The notes under the pieces were generated by a model. It was not told the origin of the DNA. It saw nothing but the letters and a program-made list of their open reading frames with translations, and did not search any database. The position numbers and the translations under genes are program-made. This document shows positions 1 to 9,356 of a stretch of DNA of 64,000 nucleotides, piece after piece; positions within the stretch are counted from its first letter, which is position 1, and every line of letters starts with the position of its first letter. The DNA lies in the NCBI GenBank assembly GCA_020349905.1, contig CP070702.1:2230936-2294935 (forward strand). The letters run 5' to 3'. This DNA is from Candidatus Eiseniibacteriota bacterium (lineage in GTDB: Bacteria > Eisenbacteria > RBG-16-71-46 > JAFGJU01).

Positions 1-108
1 TCTGTACTCCTTCACCACGGCCTCCATCTCGGAGCTCACCTTCTCGGGGGGGATCTCGATGCTGAGGGTCCTCTTCCACTGAGTTCCCTCTTCCACTTGA
101 ACCTTCAT
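1..108 (-). CDS. tig: trigger factor, N-terminal 36 codons only (gene runs past window start)
   Basis: Reverse complement of 1-108 translates MKVQVEEGTQWKRTLSIEIPPEKVSSEMEAVVKEYR, a typical trigger-factor N-terminus. ATG at 108-106 has GGAGG 6 nt upstream. A tRNA-Leu lies directly upstream, a common arrangement. Confidence 0.55.
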   Translation of the reverse strand, partial: MKVQVEEGTQWKRTLSIEIPPEKVSSEMEAVVKEYR

Positions 109-162
109 CAGGCCTCCTCGTCCACACAGATTAACTCGAACACCAGATGCTGGGCACGGACT

Positions 163-247
163 TGGTGCGAGAGGGGGGATTCGAACCCCCAAGAGTCTCC
201 TCACTGGATCCTAAATCCAGCGCGTCTGCCAGTTCCGCCACTCTCGC
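163..247 (-). tRNA. tRNA-Leu, anticodon UAG, type II with long variable arm
   Basis: Minus-strand sequence GCGAGAG...CTGGA-TTTAGGA-TCCAG...GGGGGTTCGAATCCCCC-CTCTCGC-A-CCA. It has a 7-bp acceptor stem (GCGAGAG/CTCTCGC), anticodon stem CTGGA/TCCAG with loop TTTAGGA (anticodon TAG, G37), a long variable arm, a T-arm GGGGG/CCCCC with TTCGAAT loop, and an encoded CCA at 163-165. Confidence 0.85.
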
Positions 248-504
248 GGCGCCTTGCCTCTTCAAAGTATAGCACATCGATTGGGAAAAGCAAGGTGAAG
301 TGGCTCAAGGGACTGTGGCGGTGCGCTTAGCGGGGCCCGGAGCCCCCTGGGACCACGCCCCGGGGCCCGCAGGTGCGCGGGCAAAGCGACAGGCGGGACA
401 GCAGACAGGGCATAGCATGTCGCCCACTGTCCGGTCCCGAAGGTGAGAACCATGCGGCGCAGGACGCCCGGCGAGCACGGAGACGCGAAACAGAAGTTGA
501 GCCC

Positions 505-1767
505 CTAGGCAGGACCTCCCAGCAGAGAGCGCACCTCTCTCTCCATCATCTCGTCCATTTCGGGGGCGTAGCCGAGGTGCTTAAAGACGATGAGACCTTC
601 CCGGTTTATCATGTACGTCGTTGGAGTTCCGCGTATCTTATAGATTTCTCTTCCCACGGACTTGTCGTCAATAAGTACCGGAAAGCTCACGCCCGTCTTT
701 TCCACCATCTTCACGGTCTTCTTCTTCTGGTTAGAGTCGTCTACTGCCAGGACTGCAAACTGTTCGCTCGGAAACTTGGCCGCCAGCTCCTCTAGTCGCG
801 GAAACTCCGCGACGCAAGGTCTTCAGGTGGGGCTCGTGAAGTTGAGCAGCAGCACCTTGCCCTTGTAGTCGGCCAGCGACACCATCGCCCCGTCCAGGGA
901 ACGCAGCGAGAACTCCGGAGCCGGGCTCATCCTGCGCTCTCTGCGAACCCGTATCTCTTCCTCCAATCCTTCGGCCGAACCCCTGGTCTCCGTGTAGAGC
1001 TCAACCAGCTTGGAGCGTATCTCCCCGTACTCGCCGGTTTCCATCATCACCAGATACGTTTCTATGGCGTCGTCCTGGCGACCCAGTTCCACCTGAGCCT
1101 CCCCCAGGTACTTAAGAATCTCAGCGTCGGGGTCCTCGCCCGTGAGCTGATTGGCCTGCTCCAGCGCAGCCACCGCCTCCTCTGCGTTACCGGCCTTAAG
1201 ATGTGCCATCCCGAGAGTGGCGAGCGAGTATGTCTTGTCGTATTCGTCTTCGGCCAGAGCCAGGGCCTTGTCACAGAGCTTCACGGCCAGCTCCGGATTC
1301 TGCTCCGCCTCCACCAGGTCGTACCCCATTCCCAGATACACCCACGGGTCCGTCAGAGAGAGCGCCAGGACCTCGGCGCCCAGGGCCGCTATGCTGTCGG
1401 AGTTGGCTGTCTTGACCCAGAAGGCAAACAGCTGGTAGTAGAGCCGCCCCTTCGTATCAACGGGCTCTTCAGAGGCAAGCACGTCGCGCGCGTAAGCCAC
1501 CGCGTGGGAGGTGTCCTCCAGAAAGCTCACGTACGTGTCAAAGATGTACCCGTAAGCGTAGCCGCGATACTCACCGCGGGGATACTGCTCCAGGAACGCC
1601 TGCAGCTTCTCCATTCTCACTCCACCCTCGGTCTGGTCGCGGGCTTCCCTGAGAGCCTCAAGCTCCTTCTCCCGGCCCGTCTCGGAAATCCGAGGGACGT
1701 ACTTGACCGCAAAAAGCGCGATGAGAACTGCAAGGGCCAGTATCAAGACTATGTTTCTCTTAGACAT
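505..1767 (-). CDS. membrane-anchored TPR-repeat / TlpA-like thioredoxin-fold selenoprotein (thiol:disulfide oxidoreductase) with in-frame UGA (823-825) read as selenocysteine in a U-R-P-C redox motif
   Basis: Six-frame ORFs 823..1767 (TM helix plus TPR repeats, ending ...APEFSLRSLDGAMVSLADYKGKVLLLNFTSPT) and 505..714 (thioredoxin-fold C-terminus) are in the same frame (825-714=111). They are separated only by TGA at 825-823. Read-through gives LNFTSPT-U-RPCVAEFPRLEELAAKFP..., i.e. the TlpA/ResA 'NFWAsWCxPC' active site with U at the first Cys. A stem-loop sits 9 nt downstream of the UGA. Confidence 0.8.
795..813 (-). promoter_or_regulatory. putative bacterial SECIS hairpin (GUCGCGG-AGUUU-CCGCGAC) starting 9 nt 3' of the in-frame UGA
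   Basis: Perfect 7-bp GC-rich stem with a 5-nt G/U-containing apical loop immediately downstream of UGA 825-823, at the position and spacing expected for a SelB-binding element. Confidence 0.6.
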
Positions 1768-1962
1768 CCTGTCACTCCTTTCGCACAGGGCGGGGCGGAC
1801 ACTATGCGTGCACGTCGCGCAACGTCGTAGAATCGTTCACGTCGTCGGTGTTCTGTTGCATCTTAACGATACAGCACCGGCCGGGAAAAAGCCACATTCT
1901 TTGGGGCCACACGCTCCCCTTTGCTACCTGACCTTCCGCACGCGACTCCACCGGAGCAAGAG

Positions 1963-3267
1963 CTAGGTCTCGGGAAGTCCCCTCGACAATTGCCGTATGA
2001 GGAGCACGATGGCCATGAGAGCCAGGCCCACAAACGTAAGCGTGGTGGCCTTATCGAGATTCTCCGCAACGAGGCCCACGAGAACGCTGGAAATCAGAAA
2101 CCCGCCGTTAAGCAGGCTGTCCCTGGCGCTGAAGACGCGTCCACGGAACTGGTCCGGCACGGATTTCTGTAGCAGCGCGTCCAGGCATATGAGAACCGGC
2201 GCAAGCGAAATCCCAGCCACGCACGCCAGCAGGTTCATGAATACAAGATTCTTCATCTGCGCAAAGACGATGACAACGATTCCAAACGCCGTCAGCCCAC
2301 CCAGTATGAGACGCCTCTGAGTGATGGCGTGGCCGAATCTCCCAACCAGGAGCGAGCCCAGGATCATCCCGATTCCCAGGGAGCCTATGAGCGTACCCAG
2401 ACCCTCCATTCCCTTCCCGAGCTCTTCTTTCACAAGGACTATGACCAGAACGTAGAGACTACCTCCCGCGAGAGCCAGGGCGATTGCGCTCGCAAACGCG
2501 AACACCGTGGCCTTGTGCGTGAACGCGAACCTCAACCCCTCCCACACCTCCCGGAATATCTTCTTAGACTCCCTCAACGTGGCCTGCATCCCTTTCTGCT
2601 GCTGAGACGGAGGTGCCACCTCTATGTCCTGTGCCCCGCGCACGGCGGGCCTGTACGTTACTAGCAGAAGCATGCCTGCCGAGAAGACATACGTGAGGGC
2701 ATCCAGAACGAAGCTGATGCGCCAGCCCAGGTATCCAACTATCATGCCGCCCGCCACCGCCCCGATGACGGTGGAGGCCCTCGCACCGAAGCTGGCGACC
2801 GAACCCGCCATCAGGAGCTTCCTTCGCGCTATCACGTTCGGAATGAGCGCCAGTTTAGCCGGTGAATAGAAAAGACCCGCCGAGAAGACCAGGAACACGA
2901 CGGCGAACACGACGTGAGAAGCGGTCGAGGGAGACATGAAGCGCGAGATGTAGGGAGAGAAGAACAGAGGAATGAGCAACACCAGAGAGGCCCTCATCAT
3001 GTCGCAGAAGATGAGGACCTTCTTCTTGTTCAGCCTGTCGACGAAAACGCCCGAAATGGGCCCGAAGATGAGGCCCGGGACGGTAACGAAAATCATCAGC
3101 TTGGAAAACTTAAACGTGGAGCCGGGCATCATATCGGAGACCAGCGCGATGAGGGCCATGTGGTTCAGGCGATCGCCGAACTGGGATATGGTCTGCCCGA
3201 TGCTTAGAGCGAGGAAACTCCTGACTCGCAGTACGCTGCCTACGCTGACTCGTCTCTGCGCTCCCAA
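1963..3267 (-). CDS. MFS transporter
   Basis: 12-TM hydrophobic profile. The TM1 motif GQTISQFGD and loop motif GPISGVFVDRLNKKKVL are typical of MFS. The six-frame ORF extends to 3705 but that part is Arg/Gly-rich and overlaps the upstream gene. The proposed start is a TTG at 3267 directly after the upstream stop; the first in-frame ATG (3159) would delete TM1. Confidence 0.6.
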   Translation of the reverse strand: MGAQRRVSVGSVLRVRSFLALSIGQTISQFGDRLNHMALIALVSDMMPGSTFKFSKLMIFVTVPGLIFGPISGVFVDRLNKKKVLIFCDMMRASLVLLIPLFFSPYISRFMSPSTASHVVFAVVFLVFSAGLFYSPAKLALIPNVIARRKLLMAGSVASFGARASTVIGAVAGGMIVGYLGWRISFVLDALTYVFSAGMLLLVTYRPAVRGAQDIEVAPPSQQQKGMQATLRESKKIFREVWEGLRFAFTHKATVFAFASAIALALAGGSLYVLVIVLVKEELGKGMEGLGTLIGSLGIGMILGSLLVGRFGHAITQRRLILGGLTAFGIVVIVFAQMKNLVFMNLLACVAGISLAPVLICLDALLQKSVPDQFRGRVFSARDSLLNGGFLISSVLVGLVAENLDKATTLTFVGLALMAIVLLIRQLSRGLPET

Positions 3268-3269
3268 GG

Positions 3270-4478
3270 CTATCTGTACCCCCAGAGTCCGCCCTCGCCT
3301 CCGGCCCAGCCGCTGGGGGAACCCTCGATGGCATCGACACAGAGGAGCGCTTGCGGGGTCTCCTCGAACAGATACCACGACAGGCCGCCGTCCGTGCTTC
3401 TCAACACGCAGCCGGTAGAACCGTACTCGCCCCCCACAGCCCATCCGTCGACGCTGCTCCAAAATGCTAGAGAGCGGAGCGAGGCATTGGTGGCGCCGGC
3501 CACTTGGCCCCAGCTGAGGCCGCCGTCCGTGGAGCGGATGACAAACCCGTCGTCGCCCACGCAGAGCCCGATATTGGAGGTGCGAAAGAGAACGTCTCTC
3601 AGGCAGGAGGCGGAGACCACGGGACGCTTCACCCAGCTCGCGCCTCCGTTGGTGGTCCTGAGGATGACCTGCCCTTCTCCGGGAACGAATCCTCCGACGG
3701 CCCACCCGAGCGTGGTGTTAAAGAAATAGACCGCAGAAAGACCCTGGGTCACGCCGCTCTGCTGAGGATTCCAGCTGAGGCCGCCGTCAGTCGTGCGAAG
3801 AATCTTCCCCGCCTCTCCGACCGCCCAGCCGTTGGAGACGTCCACGAAGAAAACGTCGTAAAGGTCCGTAGCCACTCCACTGGGGAGCGGAGTCCAGCTC
3901 TGACCGAAGTCGGTCGTCCGAAGGATGATCCCTCCGGTGCCGCACGCCCACCCGTTTGACGGCGAGGCGAAGCTCACCGAAAGCAAGGTCTCGATGGTTC
4001 CGCTCACGACTTCGTTCCAGTTGACGCCGGCGTCGGCGGTCCTAAATACTCGCCCGTTCTGGCCAACTGCGCAGCCGTAGTTCAGAGAGGCGAAGTTGAC
4101 GTCGAAGATGGTGGCGCTCACCTGCGGTATCTGGACCCATCTCAAAGTCCCCTCAAGAGCCTGCATGTGCACGTTCACCGATATCGTATCGTCTCCCGAG
4201 ATGGAAAACGCGAGAGTCGTGTCGCGGTATCCGTCTAGGGTAAGAGTCAGGGTGTAATCGCCCGTCCTCAGAGAGAGGGTGTCAGGAGTCAGCTTGCCCG
4301 TGCTCACGGCGTCAATGTGGATGAGAGCCCTCCCGGGCAGCGAACTCACAAAGAGGAGCCCGCCCGGCGGGGGCGTGGTGGACTTTCCTCCGCAGCCTGC
4401 GAGGAGTAGGCCCGCGAACGCGCACGTTGCGGCGCAGAGTGCGGGAATCCAGAAGGAGGAGCTGTTTCTTCTTTTCAT
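3270..4478 (-). CDS. lipoprotein with PEGA-like domain and Ycf48/BNR-type beta-propeller repeats
   Basis: Signal peptide with lipobox LLAGC, a PEGA-like segment, then repeated '(R)TTDGGxSW' / 'GWAVG' blades characteristic of Ycf48-like/BNR propellers. Confidence 0.6.
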   Translation of the reverse strand: MKRRNSSSFWIPALCAATCAFAGLLLAGCGGKSTTPPPGGLLFVSSLPGRALIHIDAVSTGKLTPDTLSLRTGDYTLTLTLDGYRDTTLAFSISGDDTISVNVHMQALEGTLRWVQIPQVSATIFDVNFASLNYGCAVGQNGRVFRTADAGVNWNEVVSGTIETLLSVSFASPSNGWACGTGGIILRTTDFGQSWTPLPSGVATDLYDVFFVDVSNGWAVGEAGKILRTTDGGLSWNPQQSGVTQGLSAVYFFNTTLGWAVGGFVPGEGQVILRTTNGGASWVKRPVVSASCLRDVLFRTSNIGLCVGDDGFVIRSTDGGLSWGQVAGATNASLRSLAFWSSVDGWAVGGEYGSTGCVLRSTDGGLSWYLFEETPQALLCVDAIEGSPSGWAGGEGGLWGYR

Positions 4479-4616
4479 TTGCCGTTAACCCCCGGCTTAA
4501 GATGGGCGGAATCCGGCGGCCGAAGACCTATGATTCAGACACCATGGGTCAGGCTTACCTAGCCAGCCGCCCCTTTCAGCACGGCCGGCCCTCGGCTCTC
4601 CGACAGGTCTCTCGCC

Positions 4617-5399
4617 CTATTTTCCTGTGAACTTAGGCTCTCGTTTCTCCAGAAAAGCGCCCACTCCTTCCTTCATGTCCTCGGTGGAGAAACAGAGGCC
4701 GAACATGTTGGCTTCGATGTAACTCCCTTCATCAGTGGAGACCTGGGAACCCTCATCTATGGCCTCCATCGCGTAGCGAACCGCAAGAGGCGGCTTGGAG
4801 AGAAAGACCTCGACCATCTCCTGGCACGTCGTAAGAAGCTCGCCCGGAGGAGTCACCTTGTTCACGAGACCGATCTGGAGGGCCTCCTGGGCGTCCACGA
4901 ACCTGCCAGAGAGGATAAGTTCCATCGCTTTTCCCTTCCCCACCAGCCGCGTGAGTCTCTGAGTCCCGGCGTAGCCGGGTATGAGCCCCAGGTTGAGCTC
5001 CGGCTGGCCCAGCTTCGCCTTCTCTGAGGCCACCCTGATGGTACAGGCCATGGCCAGTTCACACCCGCCTCCGAGGGCAAATCCGTTTATGGCAGCTACG
5101 GAGGGCTAGCCCAGCTTCTCCAGCAGGCGGAAGACGTGCTGCCCCGAAAGCGAGAAGTGCCGCGCGGCCTCAGGGCTTAGGCCCACGAACTCCTTTATGT
5201 CCGCGCCTGCCACGAACGCCTTCTCACCGCTTCCCGTGACTATGACCGCGCCCACTTCGTCGTCGCGACGTATGTCCAGCAGAACTCGCCTCAGCTCGTC
5301 CATGGTGGCCACGTTGAGAGCGTTCAGTACCTTGGGCCTGTTCAGAGTGATGGTGCCTATCCGGTCCTTCTTCTCAAAGAGAATGTTCTCGTAAGCCAT
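4617..5399 (-). pseudogene. enoyl-CoA hydratase (crotonase family) interrupted by a single in-frame TAG (5106-5108) at the conserved Lys of the K-P-x-I-A-A-x-N-G oxyanion-hole segment
   Basis: ORFs 5106..5399 (N-terminus ...RLLEKLG*) and 4617..5051 (C-terminus starting MACTIRV...) are in frame. The 54-nt gap translates PSVAAINGFALGGGCELA, the missing crotonase core. Only the TAG breaks an otherwise intact 261-codon gene. Confidence 0.6.
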
Positions 5400-5435
5400 T
5401 TGCTCCTCCTCCGTACCGTAATCTGACGTTCGACC

Positions 5436-5774
5436 TCAGCATGTCAGATGAAGCGCCGCCACGACGCGCTTCGTCTTGCACAGTTCGTTGTACTTTCGGC
5501 AGGCCTTCGTGGTGTTGAGCACCAGAAGCTCGATTCCCTCAGACTCCAGGAGGTGCTTCGTCTTCACTGGAACCTGGAGAAAACCCGAATACCCCGCGCC
5601 CACTATCACCACTTCGGGTTTCGCCGCCACAATGTCCTTTACGTCCTCCGCGGAAAGCTTGTGCCCCTCCCTCCGCCACCAGTCGCTCACGACTCTGTCG
5701 GGGAAAAGAATGACGTCGGAGGTGTACGTCTTGCCATCAACGATGATCTCTCCGAATTCGTACGAGTCAACCAT
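5436..5774 (-). CDS. Mth938-like domain protein (DUF498)
   Basis: Full-length match to the Mth938 domain pattern (..IVDGKTYTSDVILFPDRVV.WWRREGHKLS.EDV..I....PEVVIVGAGYSG....P.....LESEGIEL.VL.T..ACR.YN..). Confidence 0.6.
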   Translation of the reverse strand: MVDSYEFGEIIVDGKTYTSDVILFPDRVVSDWWRREGHKLSAEDVKDIVAAKPEVVIVGAGYSGFLQVPVKTKHLLESEGIELLVLNTTKACRKYNELCKTKRVVAALHLTC

Positions 5775-5806
5775 CGCAATGCCTCCCGCCGCTTCGTCCC
5801 GTGCGC

Positions 5807-7060
5807 TCAGAAGATGCTCATTTGCTCCGTCGCCGGGACGCCGTCTGTCTCCTGGTCCGGCAGAATGCTTATCTTGCCGAAAACCCCGTCGTGACCAGGC
5901 TCTATATTCACCTTTCCCTCTCTCACCGCCCCGATCCGGCTAACAATATCCTTCGGTACGTGACGAGAGAGTTCCTCCAGCGAGTGGGTGAGAAGTACGT
6001 CAAACTCGCTGCCACAGGACTGGACGATTCTCAGGTACTCCCGGCGCACGGAGGTGGCGCTCGGAGCCACGCCGCGCACCTCTCCGATTATCTCCTCCAG
6101 AGGGATGAGGTTGCGAGCGGGAATCGCTCCCTGGGGCACGACGCCGGGCTCTCTGTCGGCCAGCTCCTCTACCCTGTGGTAGACGCCTATCGTCAGAACT
6201 TTCTTGCACACCGGGCACACTTTGGAATACCGTATGCTCTCAGCGGGAGAGAACACGACGCCACATTTCCTGTGGCCGTCGTAGTGATACTTCCCTTCTT
6301 CCGGAAAGAACTCCACTGTGAAGAGAAACCTTTTCGGGTCCTTCTTCCTCAGAACGTCGCAGATTCCAGAATACGAGAGCTCGCAGTCGAACACGTTGGC
6401 CTCGCGTCCGATGCGGGAGGGCGAGTGAGCGTCGGAGTTGGAGACGAGGGTGATTTTGTCCAGCGTTGAGAGCCTCCAGTTCATAGGCGGGTCAGATGAC
6501 AGCCCCGTCTCTATTGCGAAGATCTTGTCGGTTTCCTCTTCGAAGCACTCCTCCAAGGAGTCGAAGCCGGAATTGGCCCCGAACACGCTGAACCATGGCG
6601 TCCACGCGTGAGCAGGGATGAGTACGAACGAAGGGGAAACCTCGAGCACCATCTTCACCAGGTCCTTGACAGGAAAAGTGAAGATGGGTCGCCCGTCGCT
6701 CGAGAGCTTTCCGAAACGCTGAAGCTTGGAGTTCAGTCTCTCTATGTCCCGGATGTCTCGCGCCAGAATCAGCGTGTGTATCTTCCTGAGCTTTCCACCT
6801 TGGTGGAAGATGTTACAGACCTCGCCGGTGAGCATGAAGCGAGTGGAACGCTCCCCTCTCTTCACGCGGAACAGTCCCTCTTCGGCTGGCTCCAGTCGGG
6901 CGCTCAGCTCGGCGAAATAGGTGGGGTGGGTGAAGTCTCCGGTTCCGAGCAGCGTGATGCCTTTCAGCTTGGCCCAGCGCGCCAGGGTCTCGACTTCCAT
7001 GTCCTTGCTTGTGGCGCGGCTGTAGCGCGAATGGACGTGGAGATCGGCAATGAAAGGCAA
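5807..7060 (-). CDS. endonuclease Q-like PHP-domain nuclease with Zn-ribbon
   Basis: N-terminus ADLHVHSRYSRATSKDM...AKLKGITLLGTGDFTHP matches archaeal/Bacillus EndoQ (DLHIHSHYSKAVSK...AKLKGLNLVGTGD). A C-x2-C...C-x2-C zinc finger (CPVCKK) is present. Confidence 0.65.
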   Translation of the reverse strand: MPFIADLHVHSRYSRATSKDMEVETLARWAKLKGITLLGTGDFTHPTYFAELSARLEPAEEGLFRVKRGERSTRFMLTGEVCNIFHQGGKLRKIHTLILARDIRDIERLNSKLQRFGKLSSDGRPIFTFPVKDLVKMVLEVSPSFVLIPAHAWTPWFSVFGANSGFDSLEECFEEETDKIFAIETGLSSDPPMNWRLSTLDKITLVSNSDAHSPSRIGREANVFDCELSYSGICDVLRKKDPKRFLFTVEFFPEEGKYHYDGHRKCGVVFSPAESIRYSKVCPVCKKVLTIGVYHRVEELADREPGVVPQGAIPARNLIPLEEIIGEVRGVAPSATSVRREYLRIVQSCGSEFDVLLTHSLEELSRHVPKDIVSRIGAVREGKVNIEPGHDGVFGKISILPDQETDGVPATEQMSIF

Positions 7061-7337
7061 CGTAAGGCTCCCGCGTTCGGCGTGTTCCTGTAGCTCGGCT
7101 GTCCACGTTTCCCGCCATGCTACCAGAAAGAAAAGTTAAGTCAAGCGCAAGGGATTAGGGGGTCGGGAGATTGGCAGAGCGCAAGTTAGGGGGTTCGGGG
7201 CCGGGCTCGTGTCGGGCTCGAGCCACCCACTTGAACGGCTGGTGTATTGCAGGTGATTGGCGGCCCGGCTCCGAGCAGGCGGTTCGAGTCCTATCCGGGG
7301 AAACGAGCTAGGGTTGCAGACCTGCCAGCGAAAGCAA

Positions 7338-7361
7338 GGGGACCGGCGGCTGGCCGGCCCC
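7338..7361 (-). terminator. GC-rich hairpin downstream of T9SS cargo gene 1
   Basis: GGGGACCGGC-GGCT-GGCCGGCCCC lies about 30 nt 3' of the stop. A near-identical structure follows the paralogous 3' end at 9357-9379. Confidence 0.4.
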
Positions 7362-7391
7362 TGACTGCATTGAGGTTCCCTTTGTTGGCGA

Positions 7392-9110
7392 TTACCTCAG
7401 CAATACCATCTTCTTCGTCTCATTGTGCCCAGACGCTTCCAGCCGGTACAGATACACACCCGACGCAACAGCCCGTCCCGCATCGTCACGACCGTCCCAG
7501 GCAACCTCGTAACGCTGAGGTTTCCGCCAACCTTCAACAAGCGTGCGGATGGCGCGGCCCTCAATGTCAAGAATGCTTAGCACGACCCTCCCCGGCTCGG
7601 GCAATGAGAATCGAATCGTTGTTAGCGGATTGAATGGGTTCGGGCAGTTCTGTTCCAGCGCTGATACTGCGGCCGGCCGCTGGACTGTCTCCCCGACACC
7701 CACAAAACTCCCATCAGCTTCAATACGCTGTGCATAGACGTTGTATGGATTGGCCCCTCGAGTATCCCGCCAAACGATCATAGCTCCTCCCGCTCCATCG
7801 GAGGTCAACCTCGGCTCCTCCTGCTGTCCCGCCGCAGTGCAGATGGCCTGGCCGTTTACTTCCCACAGTCGGACCCCTGACGCGTCCCTGCGCTGGGCGT
7901 AAATGTCCGAATTGTCCCCGCTGCGGTAGTCCTGCCACGTGATTATCGCACCCCCCTCACTGTCCCGGATGATTCTAGGAAGGTTCTGCGAGACCGGGGC
8001 TGCAGAGATCACCACACCTCCGGGCGTCCACAGGTGTGATCCCGCCGCATCAACTCGTTGAGCGTAGATGTTCAACTCATCCGTGGGGCCCGTGTAATAC
8101 GATACCCATGTGACAAATGCACCACCTGAGCCGTCAGGGACGAGCCTTGGTTCGAAAAGTCTGCAGCATGCTGAAGCTATAGGGATTCCGCTGGGACCCC
8201 ACGTGGTATCGCCTGACGCATCTACATGCTGACCGTGTATGGCGGTACTCGAGTAACCGGTCTCCTGTTTCCACACGATTATCGCGCCGCCAGCACCGTC
8301 CGATGCAATTCTGGGACTCCAGTTGTCGTCCGCGAGATTCGAAAGATAAACGCCGTTAGGGATCCAGAGGAGGTTTCCGTCCCCGTCCACGCGCTGGGTG
8401 TAGGCGTGAAAGTTCCCGCCGTTACGCATATCTTCCCAGGTAATGACAGCGCCGCCAAAGTCATCCGGGGCAATATCGATGCACTGTTGGTCAAACGCCG
8501 CGTTACAGATTACCACGCCATTTGTGGTCCACAGCGGAGTGCCGGAGCCGTTCACTCGCTGAGCGTAAACGTCTTCGTCGCTACCGCGCCCGTCACCCCA
8601 CACAATGATTGCGCCGCCCGCATCATCCGAGACTAGCTGCGGAGAGAACTGATTCCCCGGGGCCATGCATACAGCCACACCGTCCACACCCCACAACAGA
8701 TTCGCTGAGCCGTCTATTCGCTGGGCATGTATGTCACCCGGCCTTTCCCACACCACGATCGCACCACCCGAGCCGTCCGACACAATTTCGAGTCCACCGA
8801 GGCCCCATATATCAACAGATCCGGAGATCTTGACTCCGCACGATGCCCACAACTCGTTCCCGTCCGCATCCACGCGTTGTGCATAGACCTTGGTCCCACT
8901 TCGCTCATCCTTCCAGGCAATGATCGCGCCGCCAGCACCATCAAACGCGATGACGGGAGCGTACTGCCAGCCGCCTGCTATACAGATGGGATTTCCGCTG
9001 TCTTGCCAGATGGCGATCGCAGAGGCAGGGAACGTCAGCGCGAGAGCAAAAAGCAACATTGCAGTTCCCTTGTAAGTCTTGACTCTCTCCACAATCTCAC
9101 CCCTTGGCAT
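7392..9110 (-). CDS. secreted beta-propeller-like repeat protein with T9SS C-terminal sorting domain
   Basis: Signal peptide (likely start MLLFALALTFPASAIA at 9059). About 8-9 tandem repeats of a roughly 48-aa unit (SDGAGGAIIVW.D.R.G..VYAQRVD..G..LW). C-terminal roughly 85 aa has NCPNPFNPLTTIRFSL...KKMVLLR, the T9SS type-A sorting domain. Confidence 0.7.
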   Translation of the reverse strand: MPRGEIVERVKTYKGTAMLLFALALTFPASAIAIWQDSGNPICIAGGWQYAPVIAFDGAGGAIIAWKDERSGTKVYAQRVDADGNELWASCGVKISGSVDIWGLGGLEIVSDGSGGAIVVWERPGDIHAQRIDGSANLLWGVDGVAVCMAPGNQFSPQLVSDDAGGAIIVWGDGRGSDEDVYAQRVNGSGTPLWTTNGVVICNAAFDQQCIDIAPDDFGGAVITWEDMRNGGNFHAYTQRVDGDGNLLWIPNGVYLSNLADDNWSPRIASDGAGGAIIVWKQETGYSSTAIHGQHVDASGDTTWGPSGIPIASACCRLFEPRLVPDGSGGAFVTWVSYYTGPTDELNIYAQRVDAAGSHLWTPGGVVISAAPVSQNLPRIIRDSEGGAIITWQDYRSGDNSDIYAQRRDASGVRLWEVNGQAICTAAGQQEEPRLTSDGAGGAMIVWRDTRGANPYNVYAQRIEADGSFVGVGETVQRPAAVSALEQNCPNPFNPLTTIRFSLPEPGRVVLSILDIEGRAIRTLVEGWRKPQRYEVAWDGRDDAGRAVASGVYLYRLEASGHNETKKMVLLR

Positions 9111-9263
9111 TCGGTCTCCCTGTCATCAACCTTCAGATACGCTCGTCGCTATGAGACCACTAAGGACATTGAGATCATTCATGATACCATAGAATCGCCA
9201 CAATATCAAGGAAAGAAGGGAGTTACGACAGGCAGGTCAAATCGAGGTCATCCCCTGTTCGTT

Positions 9264-9292
9264 CACACAAAAAGTTCTAACATCGTCCAGCG
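9264..9292 (-). promoter_or_regulatory. conserved upstream element copy A (CACACAAAAAGTTCTAACATCGTCCAGCG) about 150 nt 5' of T9SS cargo gene 1
   Basis: About 90% identical to a second copy at 11186-11216, upstream of the next T9SS cargo gene. Confidence 0.4.
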
Positions 9293-9356
9293 CGGGAGAT
9301 GGCCTGGGGGCTCAGTGAGACGCGCTATGGACGTTGCCGTGGCTGGCAAGAGCAGA

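Noticed and set aside
97-330. 77-aa plus-strand ORF
   Set aside because: It overlaps the well-formed tRNA-Leu on the opposite strand, and has no RBS or homology. It is a typical high-GC random ORF.
3268-3705. N-terminal 145-aa extension of the MFS six-frame ORF (RRR/GRR-rich)
   Set aside because: It overlaps the 3' end of the upstream lipoprotein gene on the same strand and has Arg/Gly-rich low-complexity composition. The conserved MFS TM1 begins just after the upstream stop.
7270-7300. GGTTCGAGTCC T-loop-like motif, a possible tRNA
   Set aside because: The flanking sequence cannot form a T-stem, acceptor stem or anticodon arm. This is a chance motif.
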